A stretch of 59,332 nucleotides of DNA from a virus (taxonomy: Duplodnaviria > Caudoviricetes): positions 1-59,332 of the IMG/VR virus record IMGVR_UViG_3300036814_000177, one strand, 5' to 3'. A program made the translations under genes and the position numbers. The notes beneath the pieces were generated by a model that was not told the DNA's origin, did not search any database, and saw nothing but the letters and a program-made list of their open reading frames with translations. Below, piece by piece: positions 9,423-17,155 of this stretch. Every line of letters starts with the position of its first letter. Positions within the stretch are counted from its first letter, which is position 1.

Positions 9423-9646
9423 TACCTTACATCCTTGTCAACTTGTTTCTCCACACGCCGCAGATCAGCGGCGCAATTCTTAACAGCATGAGAGTCGCTG
9501 GGTGTAGCGGATGCTCTAACGATAGTACCATCTGTCCATTCCAGAACATGATGTACAGAGCCTCGCTTCTTATCGAGTGTCGCGTCCCGCCATCCTCTCT
9601 TGACAGCGGAACGCACCAGCTTCTTCATGTCTCCTTTGGCACTCAC
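9422..9646 (-). CDS. HicA-like small protein
   Basis: DMKKLVRSAVKRGW...GSVHHVL...SATPSD...N..ADLRR pattern. The likely start is GTG 9646, overlapping the upstream stop (the track ORF starts at 9706). Confidence 0.5.
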   Translation of the reverse strand: MSAKGDMKKLVRSAVKRGWRDATLDKKRGSVHHVLEWTDGTIVRASATPSDSHAVKNCAADLRRVEKQVDKDVR

Positions 9647-10497
9647 GCCTTCTTGTGCAGGGTTTCCCCAAACACACCGTATAGTTTGCGGTACTGCAAA
9701 CTGCACTTGTCGAACACAGCATCCACGTTGGCGAGCATCATCTGGTCGGTGATTGTATCATTGCCCCACCCCAACTGGGTAGTTTGCGCTATCAGTTTGA
9801 GTATATCTTGGGGATAATCCTCGGTACGCATACACTCCACAACATGTTGTGCAATGTCAGGTGCTTCCCACTTAGGCACAGTCCGCCGATACCTCCATCC
9901 TCCACCAGCGTCTGCTTCCTCCTTTGCTATTGCAGGAAGGAAACCTTGGAGCGCACCTAACTTGGCTCTTACTTTAAGCCCCTTCTTATAACGCTTCACA
10001 TCGCGTAGCCATTGCTTGCGCTTCTCAGGTATCACGGTGTCCATCATGTGGGGTTGCTTGTTGAGGCACTGACCTGTGATGAGGTCAAACTGTAGGCCAC
10101 AGAAGTATTCAGCCCCTTGGCTCTTAACTTTACCCCAGCCTATCCTGCCTTCCTCTTGGAAAGCCTCATCATTCATACCAGCCAAGGCGTAGATACCCTT
10201 CCTCTTACGCTCAATCGTGATAGGGACCACACGGTACAGGCTACTCACTACCGTCTGGGTGTGGTGCAACAGGTTCTCAAGCGGCATGACGAAGGTGAGG
10301 GTGTTGTCAGGTGACACCTTAAACAGCGGGACGTTAGCCCCCCTCCACCCAACCTGTTTCACAACGTAGTCCTTACCGTCCTTATACAGCCGACACCAAT
10401 TCTTAATAGGCCGACCTATACTGACGTTGCGGCAACGCTGGAAGTCAAGGGCAAAGTCTTGGTAAGTTTTGAACTTAGCTCTGTCTATGCTGTACAT
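9643..10497 (-). CDS. Hypothetical protein
   Basis: 284-aa ORF with a GGAGG RBS, tightly packed in the operon. Confidence 0.8.
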   Translation of the reverse strand: MYSIDRAKFKTYQDFALDFQRCRNVSIGRPIKNWCRLYKDGKDYVVKQVGWRGANVPLFKVSPDNTLTFVMPLENLLHHTQTVVSSLYRVVPITIERKRKGIYALAGMNDEAFQEEGRIGWGKVKSQGAEYFCGLQFDLITGQCLNKQPHMMDTVIPEKRKQWLRDVKRYKKGLKVRAKLGALQGFLPAIAKEEADAGGGWRYRRTVPKWEAPDIAQHVVECMRTEDYPQDILKLIAQTTQLGWGNDTITDQMMLANVDAVFDKCSLQYRKLYGVFGETLHKKA

Positions 10498-10498
10498 A

Positions 10499-11173
10499 TC
10501 AGCTACCTCCCGTCAGCTTAGCCATAGTAGAGATCGCGGTCATATCGTCAAGGTTTACACCCTCAATCTCTGGCTTATCCCCTCTCTTCCTACGTTCCAC
10601 GATCTCCTTGTGCTTCTCCTGCTTATCGCTCGGCACTAAGTCCCACAGCGGAGGCCATGCCTTCAACGCTGGAGCCAGCGTACTGTAGGCGTTGATAACC
10701 TTATCCACACCGTCGATGAACACCGCTTGCTCCTGTTCCAGCTTGTGTACCTTCAAGCAGAACACCTTGTACTCAGCCTTGAGGGTATCCCACCGTGGAT
10801 CGTCGGCGTTGAGGGTGAAGCCGCCGTAGCTACCTGCACGGTGAACACCATGCGCTTCCTTATTCTCTGCCCAATCGTATGGAACCTTGCGCACCTCGTC
10901 ACCGGGGAAGGGCATATCCACACCCCCATTGATCGCGCTGTCCCAGTCCTTACCTTGGAACCCGCTAAGGTCCATATCATCCATGGTGTTGAAGTACCCA
11001 TCAGGGAGGGCATCCATCTGATCCTTGGTGTCCTTGAACATCAGGTCATAGATGTTACCAGCCCAGTTCTTAGGCGGGTTGTCCCTTTCCTTTTGGATGC
11101 GTTTGTCAAACACATCACTTGCCTTACGCCGGATGCGGGACCGAAGCTCGTCGCTAAATCTTACTGTCGCCAT
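10499..11173 (-). CDS. Nmad5-like (nucleotide modification associated domain 5) protein
   Basis: N-terminal VRFSDELRSRI and C-terminal STLAPALKAWPPLWDLVP, with a TAGGAG RBS. Confidence 0.65.
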   Translation of the reverse strand: MATVRFSDELRSRIRRKASDVFDKRIQKERDNPPKNWAGNIYDLMFKDTKDQMDALPDGYFNTMDDMDLSGFQGKDWDSAINGGVDMPFPGDEVRKVPYDWAENKEAHGVHRAGSYGGFTLNADDPRWDTLKAEYKVFCLKVHKLEQEQAVFIDGVDKVINAYSTLAPALKAWPPLWDLVPSDKQEKHKEIVERRKRGDKPEIEGVNLDDMTAISTMAKLTGGS

Positions 11174-11175
11174 GT

Positions 11176-11343
11176 CTATTCTCCTAGTTTTCTAACATGA
11201 ATGTCGTCACCGTCCACATGGACCTTAACTTTCCCTGTCGCAATATCTCCAACGGTCTGCTCCAACCGACGTATCCGAACATGTTGCCCTACGATGTACC
11301 CCGCCGCTACAGCAAGGGCCACCGCCGTTATCCAATCAATCAC
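11176..11343 (-). CDS. Small single-TM protein (55 aa, below the track cutoff)
   Basis: GTG overlaps the VWA stop. MIDWITAVALAVAAGYIVGQHVRIRRL... fills the gap exactly. Confidence 0.6.
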   Translation of the reverse strand: MIDWITAVALAVAAGYIVGQHVRIRRLEQTVGDIATGKVKVHVDGDDIHVRKLGE

Positions 11344-12521
11344 ATCATCACCGTTTCACCGAAGGGAGTGTCCTCTCCGCCCTTACCGTTGCTTACCCAC
11401 AGCACAGGGTAGGGTGGTGTATCCCCGTAGTCGGAGCAGTACAGGTCAGTCAGTACGATGCAAGCCACTGGCTCAACGCCCAACTCCTCCACCTTCTTGA
11501 AGATGGGGCTGAACGCTGTCCCTCCACCACCATGCATCTTGATGTCCACCTCGTCGTCCCTTGTGTACTCATCCACATGGGACACGCTACTGTCGAAGTA
11601 TATCACCGTGAGGGTCTTGGGCTTGTGGTCCTCTTGCACCACCTTAACCTCAGCGGCAAACTGAGCCAGTTCCGCATCACCGACAGAGCCAGAGCAATCC
11701 ACCGCTACAACAAGCTCACCCATAGCCTCACCGTCACGGCTTGGCAGGTACAGCCCTTGGGATATGAAGCGGCGATTAGGTCTGGCCCAAGTACGGCGAT
11801 CATCTTTCAGCTTCACCACAAACTGTTGCAGAACGTCACGCCAGTTTACCTTGGGGTTCAGCACCTCATCGACTAGCCTCTCCATGTTAGCCGACAGTTT
11901 GCCCATCATCTTAGCCGCTTGAGCCGCTTGTGCTACCTGCACCTTCATCTCAGCGGCGGCTTGGTCCATCTCCTGCTGAGTACCCTCACCGTCGAAGCAC
12001 TCATCCATTCCAGAACCTGTTCCGGAGCCTCCGCTGGGACCGTCAGGGTCGTCGGGAAGTATGGCGTAGATACCATCACTGGTTCCACCGCCCTCGTCGT
12101 AGATAGCATCGGACAACAGCCCACACTCAGGCATCTTGCCAATGCCATCATCAACCAGCAACTTGTTGATAACATAATCACCAGCGTGGTTCCACCGCTT
12201 GGGGCTACGCTCATGCCGTCGCCAGTTATGCTCCAACATGGGGTGGAAGCACTCATGGGCCACAAGGAACATCGTCTCCTCGTCGGTCAGATCGTCAAGA
12301 AAGTATGGGTTAAACTTGATCCACTTCCCATTGGTCCCGGCTGTCGGTACATCCAGCGACAAGATGAACGGCATGTTCATAGCCACCGTACCAACGAAGG
12401 GGTGTTGTAGTATGAGGTTGGTCTTGGCCTTAGCCAACTTCTTGGTCAGCTTGGCAAGCGTAGCCTCATCCGGCATCTCCTTGGGGTACTCAGGTATTGC
12501 GTCTGGATTAAGACTTGTCAT
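11340..12521 (-). CDS. Metallopeptidase-VWA protein (DUF2201-like)
   Basis: TAGTNG, HEXXH (AHECFH), WNHAGDYVIN, MIDAS DCSGS, GGGGT and LTD. The start is probably ATG 12521 after CAGGGAG. Confidence 0.88.
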   Translation of the reverse strand: MTSLNPDAIPEYPKEMPDEATLAKLTKKLAKAKTNLILQHPFVGTVAMNMPFILSLDVPTAGTNGKWIKFNPYFLDDLTDEETMFLVAHECFHPMLEHNWRRHERSPKRWNHAGDYVINKLLVDDGIGKMPECGLLSDAIYDEGGGTSDGIYAILPDDPDGPSGGSGTGSGMDECFDGEGTQQEMDQAAAEMKVQVAQAAQAAKMMGKLSANMERLVDEVLNPKVNWRDVLQQFVVKLKDDRRTWARPNRRFISQGLYLPSRDGEAMGELVVAVDCSGSVGDAELAQFAAEVKVVQEDHKPKTLTVIYFDSSVSHVDEYTRDDEVDIKMHGGGGTAFSPIFKKVEELGVEPVACIVLTDLYCSDYGDTPPYPVLWVSNGKGGEDTPFGETVMM

Positions 12522-12711
12522 TATCGTTCTCCCTGCTTTCAATTATGTCGTCGTTGATACGAAGGATAAGGCCAGCGAAAAACTCTCTGTCCATGTGGAC
12601 AATGAGCGTCTCCAGTAGCTGGCCCTTGTCGAGGTCGTGCATCCGGTCAGTCCACACCTGTATAGCATCAGGGTTGGTCTTTTTAACGAAGTCAAATTCT
12701 TCTTGTGTCAT
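12508..12711 (-). CDS. Hypothetical protein
   Basis: GGGAGG RBS and overlap coupling. Confidence 0.6.
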   Translation of the reverse strand: MTQEEFDFVKKTNPDAIQVWTDRMHDLDKGQLLETLIVHMDREFFAGLILRINDDIIESRENDNDKS

Positions 12712-13571
12712 GTTAGTCCTCCCATAAATACAGCCATCTTATCCATGATGGCCTTGGCTTCATCAGCCGTGTCTTGCCTGAGAACAGGATCATTCCTTAA
12801 ACTCTCAGGGTGGTGGTTCACTAGCTTCTGTTGCATCTCACTACGCAACTGCTCAAGGTTGGGATCGTCGGTGAAGTTCAGCCTAGTCAGCAACTCACAA
12901 GTGTCTTGAGCATCCTTGTAAGTGCCATCGCGGAACTCGTTCTGAGGGTCGGCCAGTCTACCCTGCAACCAGCTAACCTTATCGTACAGCCGTTGCCAAA
13001 CATCTTGCACAGCGGCTTGGTTCGCCTCCTTGAGCCTGTCCTCCATGTCACTCTCAATGGAGGCCAACTCAGCATCGGCAAGCTCTACACGGAAGTCACC
13101 AGTGGTAGGCACAGGCAGTACCGCTATGTCCATCTTGAACAGCTTCCTAAGATGGGGTATGCCGGGGTATTCCTTGGGGTTGAACAGTTCATGCTCACCA
13201 CTGTTAAGGATACGCTCAGCATCCAGCTTGGCTTGTGGGTACACATCAATGAAGTTCTCAACCAGCCCCATCCATGTGTTCCGTCTGCTACGGAAGTCAT
13301 TCATGTACGTCAGGTAGTTGCTTGAGGGCAGGATAAACGTACCGTCAATACCCCACGGCAGGGTGTTCAGATAGAACCCCTTCCTCACGTCGGTGGTGTC
13401 CTTGTGGACGATCCCCAACTCGTTGCAGGTAGGCAACAGGGTCTTGTTGAAGTTCCCTTTGTTGCCTTCCCCGTTCTCAGACACGATGGCCGAAGCCCTC
13501 CTGTCCAGTTTCCTTGCTGTCCACTGGCTTACGCTAAAGTGGACAAGTAGTGCCTTGTCACTTAGGTGCAT
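12708..13571 (-). CDS. DUF3150-like protein associated with the AAA/VWA module
   Basis: VSQWTARKLD, TLPW and LNFTDDPNLE; helical; lies between the AAA and VWA genes; TAGGAG RBS. Confidence 0.6.
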   Translation of the reverse strand: MHLSDKALLVHFSVSQWTARKLDRRASAIVSENGEGNKGNFNKTLLPTCNELGIVHKDTTDVRKGFYLNTLPWGIDGTFILPSSNYLTYMNDFRSRRNTWMGLVENFIDVYPQAKLDAERILNSGEHELFNPKEYPGIPHLRKLFKMDIAVLPVPTTGDFRVELADAELASIESDMEDRLKEANQAAVQDVWQRLYDKVSWLQGRLADPQNEFRDGTYKDAQDTCELLTRLNFTDDPNLEQLRSEMQQKLVNHHPESLRNDPVLRQDTADEAKAIMDKMAVFMGGLT

Positions 13572-13834
13572 TACATTTCTCCTAGAATTTTACGCTTGGT
13601 TTTCTCCACCACATTGTTGTCGTGGAGAACGTCATAAAACAAACTCATCCTCAGCTTCACTCTACACACAGCAACAAGTTGTGGATCACGCTTCTCAACC
13701 TGTTCCACAAACTTCTTACCGCTGTATGCATCGAGGTATCTGTCCTCCCCGTACCCTGCGGCATCCTTAACCGCACAGTACAGGTCGAACTCATCACCCG
13801 AACACTTGGACCAGCCTCTTGATCGCCCTACCAC
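13571..13834 (-). CDS. Hypothetical protein
   Basis: Fills the gap between the AAA and DUF3150-like genes, with overlaps. Confidence 0.5.
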   Translation of the reverse strand: MVGRSRGWSKCSGDEFDLYCAVKDAAGYGEDRYLDAYSGKKFVEQVEKRDPQLVAVCRVKLRMSLFYDVLHDNNVVEKTKRKILGEM

Positions 13835-14811
13835 AGTACGTCTTGGTTGGCTAAGGCCCAGTCCTTGAACGCTTGTGTTGAGGCCAGTGACTCATCCCGG
13901 CGACAGGCATAGGACACCATCAATGCTCCAAACTCTTGAGGCATCCGGTTAGCAAACACGATGGCCTTGGCAAACGAGGCGTTCTTAACCCTGTGAGCAA
14001 TGGCTCCGGTGATGGCATACAGCGTGGCAGGGTCTTCCGGTACAGTCGCCTTCTCAGGGTTCATCAACAGGTTGTCAATATCCGGCAAGTTACGCTCAAT
14101 CTTGCGGAAGCCCACAAACTCAGCCGCCGCACCCTCACCAATGGCTCCCTTGAAGCACTCGTACTCAGCCTCAACGGACACAACGTCGATCAGGTCACTA
14201 ACACCCTCGACCCAGCTACGACAGGTCGGGTTAGCACTACGCTGAGGGTCGTAGTCCTGCATCAGACCGGGACGAAAGCGGCAAAAGGTTATCACACTGG
14301 GGTTAACATCAGTGTCCACCCAGTAGCGAGTGGTCACATCAAGGTTCACCTCATACTCAAGCTCGGTGTACCTGTTGCTGAGGTGTCCCAACATCCTGTT
14401 GACGCCAGCCCTGTCCTCCTGCCTGTTGCCAGTAGCTATGACTTGCACATTGGCAGGCAAGGCGTGTCCATGTAGCTCCCGCTGTTGGATGATGTTGGCA
14501 ATCACCTTCTGGATATCAGCAGGACACTGACCCAGATCATCGAAGCAGATGATGGCTCTGCTCTCAGGGTCGGTAGGCCACCAATGCGGCATCTTGTAGC
14601 CGAACTTGTCGTCGTCCACGGTAATCATCGGCATCCCGAAGTCCTCCGTCAGACAGGTTGCGGCATGGACATGGATGTACTCCCTGCCCTGCTGTTCTGC
14701 ACCCTGTTCCACAACGCTGGTCTTGCCGCAACCGGGCTGACCAGTGATGTACACGGCCCTGTTGATCGTACCAAGGTTGACGAGTTCTCTAAGTATCTGT
14801 TCACTATGCAT
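13828..14811 (-). CDS. MoxR/AAA_5-like AAA+ ATPase
   Basis: Walker A GQPGCGKT, Walker B ICFDD, sensor ATGN, LSNR and TCRSW, with a TAGGAG RBS. Confidence 0.9.
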   Translation of the reverse strand: MHSEQILRELVNLGTINRAVYITGQPGCGKTSVVEQGAEQQGREYIHVHAATCLTEDFGMPMITVDDDKFGYKMPHWWPTDPESRAIICFDDLGQCPADIQKVIANIIQQRELHGHALPANVQVIATGNRQEDRAGVNRMLGHLSNRYTELEYEVNLDVTTRYWVDTDVNPSVITFCRFRPGLMQDYDPQRSANPTCRSWVEGVSDLIDVVSVEAEYECFKGAIGEGAAAEFVGFRKIERNLPDIDNLLMNPEKATVPEDPATLYAITGAIAHRVKNASFAKAIVFANRMPQEFGALMVSYACRRDESLASTQAFKDWALANQDVLW

Positions 14812-14828
14812 CGCAATCTCCTAGTAAG

Positions 14829-14905
14829 CTATCTGGCTCATCAGTGCAGGGTGATAATGCCCCACAGACCGGACGGCTAATCCGGTTTCGCCTTTCTCCT
14901 AGCCG
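14829..14905 (-). ncRNA. Type II hammerhead ribozyme
   Basis: Minus-strand RNA reads GGC-GAAA-CCGGA-uuagccg-UCCGG-UC^UGUGGGG-cauuauca-CCCUGCA-CUGAUGA-GCC. It has the complete core (CUGAUGA, GAAA, GUC), three stems and two pseudoknots. Predicted cleavage is between 14867 and 14866. Confidence 0.92.
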
Positions 14906-14921
14906 CTTTAGGCTCTCTGCA

Positions 14922-15224
14922 TCACAGCGTCACCTTGCCGCTGACTAACAGCTTGTGTGCTTGGCTCCAGCCGTAGTCGGTGTCGGCTAACTGCTCAATC
15001 TCTTGGAACAGGCTCACTGTCTGGAACTTGACAGTGTATTTGCTGTCATGGTGTTCCTCTTGTGTGGCAATATCCATCTCAGTAACTCTCGAACCCTTAC
15101 GAAAGCAGGGTGCATCACTGGTAACAACCTTGAATGTGTATCCAAGGTCGTATTCACGTTTAGTGTCGTTCTCGACGGTGGCTCCGTCCTCTGGGATGAG
15201 TTTGATGTTATATCTATGGGTCAT
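14922..15224 (-). CDS. Hypothetical protein
   Basis: CTAGGAG RBS; first gene after the 15284-15312 promoter. Confidence 0.75.
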   Translation of the reverse strand: MTHRYNIKLIPEDGATVENDTKREYDLGYTFKVVTSDAPCFRKGSRVTEMDIATQEEHHDSKYTVKFQTVSLFQEIEQLADTDYGWSQAHKLLVSGKVTL

Positions 15225-15283
15225 TTGGTAGCTCCTAGTTAGTTGGTGAAAAGTTTTGGGATTTGGTCGCTGGTCGAGCCGGG

Positions 15284-15312
15284 ACTATGCAATTTCCGGC
15301 GAAAATTGTCAA
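15284..15312 (-). promoter_or_regulatory. Sigma70-type early promoter
   Basis: TTGACA-N17-CATAGT on the minus strand, upstream of 15224. Confidence 0.75.
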
Positions 15313-15339
15313 GTTTGCTGGGCTGGGTATGAGGGGTGT

Positions 15340-15850
15340 AAGTTTGAGGGTATTAATTATCTGTTCTTCTATCTGTACTATCTGTTGGGGTGCTTAACTT
15401 GACGCTTCAACAGCTAGTATACAATTGTTTAATACCAATGGGTTAGGGGGTGCAGTATATAGATTATATAGATTATCCGTGTTTTGAAACTAATCAGTGC
15501 CACAATTTCATACATGTTTGTTGATGCCAAATTCGTAAAGTTATGATTTGGTAAAATTTGTGTGTGACTTTATCTATTTGAACAGATAACTTAGATAATT
15601 GATATAAAAGATTACTACCTAAACCCAGTTAATCCATGGTCAGTACCAAACTTGACAGTTAAAGTGTTAAGTTAAAACACCCCCTCCCCAACAGATATTA
15701 CAGATAGTTGGCCGTAAAGTATCCTCCAACCTGTTGTAATATAACAAACTTATACATCTACTACTACCTACCGATTAATGGTTCAGGTCTATTACCAATG
15801 CCTTATCGACCCTCTTTAATGGCGCACTCTGACCTACCGATGAATGGTTC
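15340..15850. other. AT-rich non-coding region with iterated TATCTGT/ACAGATA; candidate replication origin
   Basis: TATCTGT at 15358, 15370 and 15379. Inverted ACAGATA at 15582, 15691 and 15700. A 19-bp repeat at 15766/15832. No credible ORF. Confidence 0.45.
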
Positions 15851-15856
15851 TATAAT

Positions 15857-15895
15857 AAAAAGAAAAGAAAGAAGAGGAGAGGCTTGCGCCCCTCC
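15857..15895 (-). terminator. Intrinsic terminator
   Basis: GGAGGGGC-GCAA-GCCTCTCC hairpin followed by a U-rich tract (TCTTCTTTCTTTTCTTTTT). Confidence 0.7.
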
Positions 15896-15901
15896 AATCC
15901 T

Positions 15902-15997
15902 TCAGATGCGGTGCCAGTAGAACACCCAGTCTCCGTCTTTCCGGCACTTCCACAAGGTGTGGCCGGTGGGCAGCCTGCACACGAGGAGCCTACTCAC
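15902..15997 (-). CDS. Small hypothetical protein (31 aa)
   Basis: GTGA overlap with the upstream stop and a GAGG RBS. Sequence MSRLLVCRLPTGHTLWKCRKDGDWVFYWHRI. Confidence 0.45.
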   Translation of the reverse strand: MSRLLVCRLPTGHTLWKCRKDGDWVFYWHRI

Positions 15998-16173
15998 TTG
16001 GCCACCTCGAGCTTGGTGCGGAGGGTGATGAGGGTGCTGATGTAAGCCTGCATCTCCCGTTTGAAGTCTTCGGAGCAATTCTCCTCAGCTTCGGTTTCTG
16101 CATCGGCGATCTCGCCGACAATGGTGTCGATGAGCAAGCAGCGCTCAATACTGTCTAGGTCTATGTGTGCCAT
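15994..16173 (-). CDS. Small acidic helical protein (59 aa)
   Basis: TAGGAGGT RBS. Sequence MAHIDLDSIERCLLIDTIVGEIADAETEAEENCSEDFKREMQAYISTLITLRTKLEVAK. Confidence 0.75.
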   Translation of the reverse strand: MAHIDLDSIERCLLIDTIVGEIADAETEAEENCSEDFKREMQAYISTLITLRTKLEVAK

Positions 16174-16233
16174 GACGGCGCACCTCCTATGTAGGGGGGA
16201 GCCGAAGCTCCCCCCAGTGTGATAGGTATGAAC

Positions 16234-16413
16234 CTACATCTGTTCGGGAGGCATTACACCATCGAACTGTAAGTCCATAATACGCTCGCCTGCACGGCGC
16301 AGGGACTCGAGCAGGTTGAAGCGTGTCCGTGCCTCAACCCAGTCGGGTCTATCGAACGTCTCAACGACGTCCTGTCGGGCGTCGAGGTCGTAGTATAAGA
16401 TACGAAATGCCAC
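16234..16413 (-). CDS. Small hypothetical protein (59 aa)
   Basis: AAAGGAG RBS and GTG start. Sequence MAFRILYYDLDARQDVVETFDRPDWVEARTRF... Confidence 0.7.
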   Translation of the reverse strand: MAFRILYYDLDARQDVVETFDRPDWVEARTRFNLLESLRRAGERIMDLQFDGVMPPEQM

Positions 16414-16428
16414 TGCATTTCTCCTTTG

Positions 16429-16465
16429 AAAAAGGTTCCCCGGAGCGTTCTAGCTCCGGGGTTCC
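16429..16465 (-). terminator. Intrinsic terminator after the first early gene
   Basis: CCCCGGAGC-tagaac-GCTCCGGGG stem followed by TTTTT. Confidence 0.7.
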
Positions 16466-16475
16466 AGTTTAGTCC

Positions 16476-16895
16476 CTAGCCGACTACCTTCATGAAGGCC
16501 GCGAGTGCCGCGTCTTCACCCTTGTTGACAGGCCTTGGAGCCGCCTTAGGCTTCGCGCCTTCAACCGGTCGAACACCGATTGAGACGTTGCCACGCTTCG
16601 ACAACCAGCACTCGAGGCCAGCCGCTTCCGCCGTGGTCACCATGGCCAAGACTTCAGCCGGTGTCCGAGACACGAACTCGTGTTCGTCACCAACGAAGCA
16701 AGGGCTTCCGGGGTAAACCGGCAGCTTCAATTTGGTGGCGTAGGCTACCAGCCCACGTACCGCTGCGAAGCCTTCCTCACTCGTCTCGATTGGGACGCCT
16801 TGCTTTGCGACAGTTAACCGGGCCGAGCTTGCTCCCATCAACGTACCAGTTTTTGAGGCCGGATTGTGGATGGTCGTGTGAGGTTTAATAAACAT
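16476..16895 (-). CDS. First early gene, hypothetical protein
   Basis: 139 aa with an AAAGGA RBS, followed by a terminator. Confidence 0.8.
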   Translation of the reverse strand: MFIKPHTTIHNPASKTGTLMGASSARLTVAKQGVPIETSEEGFAAVRGLVAYATKLKLPVYPGSPCFVGDEHEFVSRTPAEVLAMVTTAEAAGLECWLSKRGNVSIGVRPVEGAKPKAAPRPVNKGEDAALAAFMKVVG

Positions 16896-17120
16896 ATTGA
16901 AATGTCCTTTCAGGGACTAAGGCCGTACCGCCGCCGCAATCGGAGGCGGCTTAGGCCTAATCTTTTCTTTCGCGCCCTAAACCAGTGTCTTGCGGGGCAA
17001 GGAAGTCTGCCGTTAGGCCTAGATTACTTCCGACCGTAGTTTTCTAAGGGTCAGCGTCTACCGGGGAAGGCTCGCCTTCTTGAAGTTCCCGTCTCTCCGC
17101 GGTGTGTGGTCCGTTTCGAT
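16896..17120 (-). ncRNA. Structured 5' leader RNA (candidate)
   Basis: About 225 nt without an ORF between the promoter and the ATG. Several complementary stems are visible by eye. Confidence 0.5.
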
Positions 17121-17126
17121 GATTGA

Positions 17127-17155
17127 ATTAAAGCATTATCCGGCGAAAAACACAA
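17127..17155 (-). promoter_or_regulatory. Sigma70-type early promoter with extended -10
   Basis: TTGTGT-N17-TTTAAT with TGn before the -10. Shares CAAACTTG and spacer TTTTCGCCGGA with the 15284-15312 promoter. Confidence 0.65.

Noticed and set aside
116-15242. Many plus-strand ORFs over the early arm (and minus-strand ORFs over the late arm)
   Set aside because: They are antisense shadows of tightly coupled real genes, with no RBS or recognisable motifs.
16980-17095. Leader RNA as a cobalamin riboswitch (GGGAA, GCCCCGC, CACTG fragments)
   Set aside because: The order and spacing of the fragments do not fit the family consensus as I know it. Retained only as an unassigned structured RNA.
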